Shown: positions 57,802 to 64,000 of the stretch, in pieces
Numbering within the stretch: position 1 is the first letter of the stretch
How the letters are laid out: each line of letters begins with the position of its first letter
Assembly (NCBI GenBank): GCA_963662265.2
Contig: CAXXHA010000010.1
Coordinates: 192,001-256,000, forward strand
Direction: 5' to 3'
DNA: 64,000 bases
DNA from: Spirochaetia bacterium
GTDB lineage: Bacteria; Spirochaetota; Spirochaetia; CADAEX01
Position numbers and translations under genes: made by a program
The notes under the pieces: model-generated
Database searches by the model: none
Told to the model about the DNA's origin: nothing
Seen by the model: the letters and a program-made list of their open reading frames with translations, nothing else

Positions 57802-60291
57802 CTAATCAACAAGCGGCTTGATATTCCATATCTTCTCAGCATATTCCCTTATTGTTCTGTCACTGGAAAACTTGCCGGCATTTGCAATATTGAAAAGAGA
57901 CATTTTCATCCATTTTTTCCTGTCTGAATATGCTTTTTCTACATCTTCATGAACCCTGATATAATCATCAAAATCAGCAAGATGCATGTATGTATCTTGC
58001 TGCAGAAGAAGGTTTTTTATCGGTTCAAAAACACCCTGCTCATTGAGGTCGAAATGGCCTTTGAAGAGAAGATCGAGTGTCTCCTTAATAACAGGATTTG
58101 AGTCGTAAAGGTCATGAGGATTATAGTTTTTCTTCCTTTCAGCAACTTCTTCTGCTGTCATTCCGAATATAAAAACATTTTCACTCCCCGCTTCTTCCTT
58201 TATTTCTATATTCGCGCCGTCAAGTGTTCCCACAGTCAAAGCCCCGTTCAGCATGAATTTCATGTTGCTTGTTCCTGAGGCCTCTGTCCCTGCTGTTGAA
58301 ATCTGTTCAGAAATATCTGCGGCAGGAATTATTTTTTCAGCCTGGGAAACCCCGTAATCCCAGAGAAAGCAGACTTTCAGAGAGTCATATACATGAGGGT
58401 TCCTGTTTATGACATAACCCACATTATTGATCAGTTTTATGATAAGCTTTGCCATGTAGTATCCGGGAGCAGCCTTGCCTCCGAATATGAAAGTCCTTGG
58501 TATAATTTTTCGGCCTGTTCTTATCTGGTTATAGAGATAGACAATATGAAGAATATTAAGAAGCTGCCTCTTGTATTCATGAATCCTCTTTACGTGAATA
58601 TCAAAGACTGTTTCCGGATCTAATTCTATGCCGAAAGATTTTCTGCAGTGTTTCTGAAGACTCATCTTTGCCTTCTGCTTTACTTCGAAAAGGCTTTCAA
58701 GGAATGATGAGTCATCAACATATTTTTCGAGCTTTTTAAGTTCATAGAGGTCTGTAATCCATTTATCCCCGATTGTATCTGTTATCAGTGATGCCAGCGG
58801 GGGATTGGCCTTGAGAAGCCACCTTCTCTGTGTTATCCCGTTTGTCATGTTTACGAAGCGGTCAGGATACAGATGGTAAAAATCGGGAGTGAGTTTTTCC
58901 TTTATAAGCTTTGTGTGAAGCTCTGCAACACCATTAACCCTGTGTGATCCTGCGATGGAAACATTGGCCATCCTGACATGTTTCCCCCCCCCTTCACCTA
59001 TCAGGCTGATATTGGCAATCTTGTCATGATCATCCGGATATTTCTTTGATATTTTATCAATCAGCTCATAGTTTATCCTGTAAATGATATCAAGGTGCCG
59101 GGGAAGCAGGTTTTCAAACATTGACAGAGACCATGTTTCCAGTGCTTCAGGCATGAGAGTATGGTTTGTATAACTGAATGTCTTTCGGGTAATGCTCCAT
59201 GCAACATCCCATGTAAGATGTTCCTTGTCCACAAGAATTCTCATCAGTTCGGGAACTGCCAGAGCGGGATGAGTGTCATTGAGCTGAACAGCTGCCTTGT
59301 CAGGCAGATTTGTAAAAGGAAGACCAAGCCCCTTGAAGCGCCTTATAATATCCTGGATGGAACATGAAACAAAGAAATATTCCTGTTTGAAACGGAGCTC
59401 CTTCCCTTCATAGAGATTATCATCGGGATAGAGAATTTTTGTAAGGCTTTCGGCTTTTGCCTGCTTGTTTACAGAGTAGTAGTATTCACCCCTGTTAAAC
59501 CTGTCATAATTAAACTGCTCAAGGCTTCTTGCCTTCCAGAGCCTGAGTGTATTTATAGTCTTTCCCCCGTATCCGACAACAGGCATATCATACGGGATGC
59601 CGACAATATCATCTGTAGCAACCCACCTGATTTCCCCGCTGTCATCCCTTTCGAGTCTTCCGCCGAACTGGACTGTACACGGGATATCAGGGCGTTTGAT
59701 TTCCCAGGGATTACCGTTCTTGAGCCAGTCATCAGGTTTCTCCACCTGGTACCCGTTGATAATTTCCTGTCTGAAAATACCGTATTCATATCTCAGCCCG
59801 TAGCCTATGGCCTGGTAATTCATTGTTGCAAGAGAATCAAGAAAACAGGCGGCAAGCCTTCCGAGCCCCCCGTTTCCAAGCCCTTCGTCCCTCTCAAGGG
59901 CTCTAAGCTCCTTCCATGGTATGCCGTTTTTCTCCATAGCCTCTTTGAGAACATCTTCATATCCAAGGTTGATCACATTGTTTCCTATTGCCCTTCCCAT
60001 CAGGTACTCGATAGAAAGGTAATAGAGCTGCTTTGATTCAGCTTCTTCCTGCTTTTTTTTTGTCTCTACCCATCTGTCGATAAGCCTGTCCCTTATTGTA
60101 AGAACAAGAGCATTATACATATCATACCTGCTTGCAGTTTCAGGATTGGCTGCAAGGGAAAACCTGAGGTGCTCATCAAATCCAGCATAGAAAGAGAGAG
60201 GATCAGCGCCCCGCCGTGAAGATGTTATTTTTTCAGCATCTTTATTTACGCTGTTATTGTTTTTTACGGATTCCGATTTTTTATCACTCAT
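57802..60291 (-). CDS. glgP: Glycogen phosphorylase
   Basis: GLGNGGLGRLAAC, QLNDTHP, KRIHEYKRQ, EASGTSNMK; start MSDKK after GGGGGG. Confidence 0.97.
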   Translation of the reverse strand: MSDKKSESVKNNNSVNKDAEKITSSRRGADPLSFYAGFDEHLRFSLAANPETASRYDMYNALVLTIRDRLIDRWVETKKKQEEAESKQLYYLSIEYLMGRAIGNNVINLGYEDVLKEAMEKNGIPWKELRALERDEGLGNGGLGRLAACFLDSLATMNYQAIGYGLRYEYGIFRQEIINGYQVEKPDDWLKNGNPWEIKRPDIPCTVQFGGRLERDDSGEIRWVATDDIVGIPYDMPVVGYGGKTINTLRLWKARSLEQFNYDRFNRGEYYYSVNKQAKAESLTKILYPDDNLYEGKELRFKQEYFFVSCSIQDIIRRFKGLGLPFTNLPDKAAVQLNDTHPALAVPELMRILVDKEHLTWDVAWSITRKTFSYTNHTLMPEALETWSLSMFENLLPRHLDIIYRINYELIDKISKKYPDDHDKIANISLIGEGGGKHVRMANVSIAGSHRVNGVAELHTKLIKEKLTPDFYHLYPDRFVNMTNGITQRRWLLKANPPLASLITDTIGDKWITDLYELKKLEKYVDDSSFLESLFEVKQKAKMSLQKHCRKSFGIELDPETVFDIHVKRIHEYKRQLLNILHIVYLYNQIRTGRKIIPRTFIFGGKAAPGYYMAKLIIKLINNVGYVINRNPHVYDSLKVCFLWDYGVSQAEKIIPAADISEQISTAGTEASGTSNMKFMLNGALTVGTLDGANIEIKEEAGSENVFIFGMTAEEVAERKKNYNPHDLYDSNPVIKETLDLLFKGHFDLNEQGVFEPIKNLLLQQDTYMHLADFDDYIRVHEDVEKAYSDRKKWMKMSLFNIANAGKFSSDRTIREYAEKIWNIKPLVD

Positions 60292-62351
60292 ATGCTTTCC
60301 CCCCTTTTTATCCTGTCTATCAGTGAATAACTTCGAATAATTTCTGCACTGCTCCAAGCCTGTGCAAAAGTGCCCTTTCCCCTGCCGGGATTCATCCCGT
60401 CAAAGACTTCAGAAACAAATCCGGCCCCCTCTTTGAAAAGGTGCTGTTCAAGAAAACTGTCAAGAAATGCCTTTATCTCTTCAGCAGATTTTTCCTTATC
60501 ATCAGATGCTCTGAGAGAAGCTTCTGTATAAATTCCGAAAAGCCAGGGCCAAACAGTCCCCTGATGGTATCTGCTGTCCCGTTCATTTCCCCCGCCTGAA
60601 TACTCACCCTTAAACTCAGGATGATCAGGGCTCAGAGTTCTAAGACCGGATGATGTCAGAAGCTTTTCCCTGCAAACCTCAACCACAGAGCTCTTTTCAG
60701 CCTCCCCTATCGGGGAAAAGGGGAGAGAAACAGCCCACAGCATATTGGGTCTTACTGAAAAATCTTTTCCTGATTTGCTTACAGTATCAGCAAGATAGCC
60801 TTCAGAAATTTTCCTCTTCTTATCTGAACTGTAAGCTTCTGAGGAGGCTTCTTGACTGATATAAGTAGAAGATCCACCAGATTCCACCCAGTATCTTTCC
60901 CTGAAAACACTCCTGATTTTATCTGCAGTTGATTTATATTTTGCAGGGATATCAGCTTTCATGAATTCAGAAAGTTCAACGAAAAAAAGGAGGGCATTGT
61001 ACCATAGCGCATTTATATCGACAGGGGATCCTCCCCGGGGAGTTACAGGGATATTGTTGACCATGGCATCCATCCATGTAAGCTGTGTATTTTCACTTCC
61101 TGCAGTCAGAAGCCCATCCTCACTGACTGAAACATCAGTGGCACTTCCATCGAAAAATGCATCGAGAATCCCTTTTATATATTCACGGAATTCCGAAGCA
61201 GCCTTCCTGCCTCCCCTGACATTTCTGTAAAGCTGCTGCACTGCATAAACATACAGAAGAGAGGCATCCACCGAATTATAGGATTCAAAACCCTGTGTAC
61301 CTGAAAGAGTGTTTGGAAGAAGCCCATTTCGTATAAGATTTGAATATGACCTGAGTATCTCTATGCCTGTTTCAGTCCTTCCGTTGTAAAATGTCAGCCC
61401 GGGAAGGGAAATCATTGTATCCCTGCCCCATTCACCGAACCATGGATATCCTGCAACAATGGAACTCAAGCCGCTGCTGTTTACAATTATGAAACAGCCG
61501 GCCTTTTCCCTGAGAACTCTCAGAAGGCTGTTTTTCTCATTGCTGTATTTTCTTCTTTCCTTCTGCCTGTTCTTTTTTTCCTCTTCATAAATTTTCCCGA
61601 AATCTGAAGGAGAGATTATTTCATTATTTCTAATGGAAACTCCCATGAATATTTCATCGCCTGTATTAAAGTCAGATGAAAATGTTCCCGGCATTATTCT
61701 GTCTTCCCTGAAATCAAATCCCCTCTCCAGTTCCTTCAGATATTCAGTATCTTTTATCCAGTATGAGGTATCAGCAAAATCTGTTTCCCTGCTGAAGCTG
61801 ATATTGATACCGGGAAATGAATCATAACAGGAAAAAGAATAGCTGCTGCCGGTTTTCCGCATTCTGATATCAGCATCACTGTTTTCCTTTGCCAGATGAT
61901 GGGAATTCCTGAGACTGAAAAGAAGATTAAGCTTTAGAGAATACTTTTTCTCCTTTCCGGAACTGTTTTTCATCCTGACAACAAGCCCGTTTTCAGGTGT
62001 CATCAGAATTTCAAGAGTGAATTCACAGTCGCCTTTTCTGTATTTCCATGAAGGAAAGGGATAATCGGAAAATGACTCAAGGTAGCAGTATCCGTCAGGA
62101 TGTATTTCGCCGGGATACTGGCTGTTTGAAAATTCACACCCGGAATCCCCGTCTTCAATCACCGGCTCTATACCTGAGAGCAGAAGAAACCTCCCCTCAA
62201 GCCCCTCTACCGGAACAACATACAGCCCGTGATATTTTCTTGTATTGCAGAGAGAAACTGTTGATGAGGCATATCCCCCCTTTCCGTCAGTTTCAAGCCA
62301 TTCAATATCAGTTACAGGATATTCGCCTTTAAAAGAAATTTTATTATCCAT
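60288..62351 (-). CDS. Amylo-alpha-1,6-glucosidase (GH133-like)
   Basis: EWLETDGxGGYAS, AGYPWFGEWGRDTMISLPG, LTWMDA, YHQGTVWPW, QAWS. Confidence 0.93.
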   Translation of the reverse strand: MDNKISFKGEYPVTDIEWLETDGKGGYASSTVSLCNTRKYHGLYVVPVEGLEGRFLLLSGIEPVIEDGDSGCEFSNSQYPGEIHPDGYCYLESFSDYPFPSWKYRKGDCEFTLEILMTPENGLVVRMKNSSGKEKKYSLKLNLLFSLRNSHHLAKENSDADIRMRKTGSSYSFSCYDSFPGINISFSRETDFADTSYWIKDTEYLKELERGFDFREDRIMPGTFSSDFNTGDEIFMGVSIRNNEIISPSDFGKIYEEEKKNRQKERRKYSNEKNSLLRVLREKAGCFIIVNSSGLSSIVAGYPWFGEWGRDTMISLPGLTFYNGRTETGIEILRSYSNLIRNGLLPNTLSGTQGFESYNSVDASLLYVYAVQQLYRNVRGGRKAASEFREYIKGILDAFFDGSATDVSVSEDGLLTAGSENTQLTWMDAMVNNIPVTPRGGSPVDINALWYNALLFFVELSEFMKADIPAKYKSTADKIRSVFRERYWVESGGSSTYISQEASSEAYSSDKKRKISEGYLADTVSKSGKDFSVRPNMLWAVSLPFSPIGEAEKSSVVEVCREKLLTSSGLRTLSPDHPEFKGEYSGGGNERDSRYHQGTVWPWLFGIYTEASLRASDDKEKSAEEIKAFLDSFLEQHLFKEGAGFVSEVFDGMNPGRGKGTFAQAWSSAEIIRSYSLIDRIKRGESI

Positions 62352-62495
62352 ACCTTATTTCCCAGCTCATAGCTTTTCAATAGATACTGGAGCCTTAATA
62401 TCCTGAAGTCATTATCAGGATCAGTAAAATCATCAGCCCTGTTTCTGATATAACAGTAAATGCCTATCAGATATTTAAAATGCCTTTCAAGGCCC

Positions 62496-64000
62496 TCATA
62501 ATTTACGAAAAACCAAAGCAGTCCTTGTGGGAAGATAGAGTGGAAGATAATAATCATCTCCCCGCTTCTGTGCTTCAAGTTCCAGTTTTTCCGGAATCCT
62601 GCCGTATCCTCCGAACTGCTCTGAATCTGAATCAAGCACAAGAGAGTATTTTCCCTTTCCGATTTGAAAACTGTAATCAACATATGAATCAGAAGGATCT
62701 GTATTTATAAAATAAAACAGCCCCCCCCTGCTGTATGCAAGGACATGATCACTGTTGTGGACATGGATAAGTTCTGCATATCCGCAGTCGACAGAGCTGC
62801 TGCATTCCCTTATCATTGCCTGGTCAAAATTAAGCAGCAGATGGTATTTAAGCTCCCTGTTCTCTGCAAGAGACCACTGGCGCCTGGCATAATGATACGA
62901 CCAGTTGTTACCTTCCCTGGGAAAATCAATCCATTCAGGATGACCGAATTCATTCCCCATGAAATTCATATAACTGTTTCCGGCGCATGAAAAAGTCAGG
63001 AGCCTTATTATCTTGTGAAGCGCCATACCGCGAGAGATTAAAACAGAGTCATCGCCGATTTTCATATGGTAATACATCTCGGCATCCATCAGCCTGAAAG
63101 CAATTGTCTTGTCCCCTACAAGGGCCTGGTCATGTGATTCACAGTAGGCAATGTTTTTTTCACTCCACCTTCTGTTTGAAAGCTGGTTCCAGATTTCCTC
63201 GAGGTTCCAGTCCTCATCCCTTTTTTCCTTGATAATTTTAATCCAGAAATCGGGAATCCCCATTCCCAGCCTGTAGTCAAACCCGATTCCCCCTTTTTCA
63301 ACAGGGAATGCCATCCCGGGATAGCCGCTCATATCTTCAGCAATTGTAATGAAGTCAGGATTAACTTCATGCATCATCCTGTTGGCCAGGGTAAGATATG
63401 TAAGCGCCTCAACATCGGTGTTCTCAGAAAAGTAGTAATCATAATTTGAAAAACTGCTTTCAAGGCCGTGATTGTGGTATATCATGCTTGTAACACCGTC
63501 AAACCGGAATCCGTCAATTCTGTACTCATCCGCCCAGAACATGCAGTTTGAAAGGAGAAAATGGAGAACTTCAGGTTTCTTATAATCAAACAGCTTGGAG
63601 TCCCATGCAGGATGGTCACCCTTTCCCCCCTCATGAAAATACTGGTATGTTGTGCCGTCAAAACTCCTCAGCCCCTCGTTGTCATTCTTTACAGAATGGG
63701 AGTGAATCAGGTCCATTATGACTTTGAGTCCGTGTTTATGGCATTTATCAACCAGCGACTTGAACTCTTCAGGTGTCCCGAACCTTGAGGATAGTGCAAA
63801 AAAGTTTGACACCTGGTATCCGAAAGAACCGTAATAGGGATGCTCCATAAGCGCCATGAACTGGACAGCGGTATAACCACCCCTGACAATATGGGGAATG
63901 ACATGTTTCGCGAATTCAGAAAAACTGCCTACACAGTATTTTTCCGTGGCCATTCCGACATGGGCCTCGTAAATAAGGAGGGGAACTGATGAATCAGAGG
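62496..64000 (-). CDS. glgB: 1,4-alpha-glucan branching enzyme, GH13_8 type (5'-partial)
   Basis: IYEAHVGMA, EHPYYGSFGYQV, FRFDGVTSM, AEDMSG, ESHDQALVGDKT; frame is open to the window edge. Confidence 0.95.
   Translation of the reverse strand, partial: SDSSVPLLIYEAHVGMATEKYCVGSFSEFAKHVIPHIVRGGYTAVQFMALMEHPYYGSFGYQVSNFFALSSRFGTPEEFKSLVDKCHKHGLKVIMDLIHSHSVKNDNEGLRSFDGTTYQYFHEGGKGDHPAWDSKLFDYKKPEVLHFLLSNCMFWADEYRIDGFRFDGVTSMIYHNHGLESSFSNYDYYFSENTDVEALTYLTLANRMMHEVNPDFITIAEDMSGYPGMAFPVEKGGIGFDYRLGMGIPDFWIKIIKEKRDEDWNLEEIWNQLSNRRWSEKNIAYCESHDQALVGDKTIAFRLMDAEMYYHMKIGDDSVLISRGMALHKIIRLLTFSCAGNSYMNFMGNEFGHPEWIDFPREGNNWSYHYARRQWSLAENRELKYHLLLNFDQAMIRECSSSVDCGYAELIHVHNSDHVLAYSRGGLFYFINTDPSDSYVDYSFQIGKGKYSLVLDSDSEQFGGYGRIPEKLELEAQKRGDDYYLPLYLPTRTALVFRKL

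Noticed and set aside
62312-62683. 123-aa ORF between glgB and the glucosidase gene
   Set aside because: It overlaps both neighbours out of frame and has no recognisable features.

Overview
A 64-kb bacterial chromosomal segment with no rRNA, tRNA, CRISPR array or transposase that I can support. Gene content suggests a free-living anaerobic spirochaete (inference only). 1-29 kb is a mostly plus-strand patchwork of small detox and accessory genes (GNATs, oxidoreductases, methyltransferases, nitroreductase, TspO, permeases, a PAS-GGDEF protein). It also holds a TRAP+USP operon with a 33-bp repeat array, two GNAT remnants and a permease frameshifted in a G8 tract. 29-47 kb is a nucleoside salvage region (pdp, deoB, patatin, BMP lipoprotein, ABC ATPase and permeases). 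The ABC genes are separated from the BMP gene by an ~7.5-kb module encoding a PhnW-like class V PLP enzyme, an amino-alcohol-type TRAP transporter, a GlpK-like kinase with an altered substrate pocket, and a LysR. This module is the best candidate for an undescribed pathway (amino-alcohol/serinol catabolism). 47-53 kb holds LysE/AraC/DUF2000, AzlCD, hflX and acyP. 53-64 kb is a glycogen operon with a GH13_8-type branching enzyme and what look like the two halves of the eukaryotic indirect debranching enzyme as separate genes flanking glgP. All family calls come from motif recognition by eye; no database search was run.
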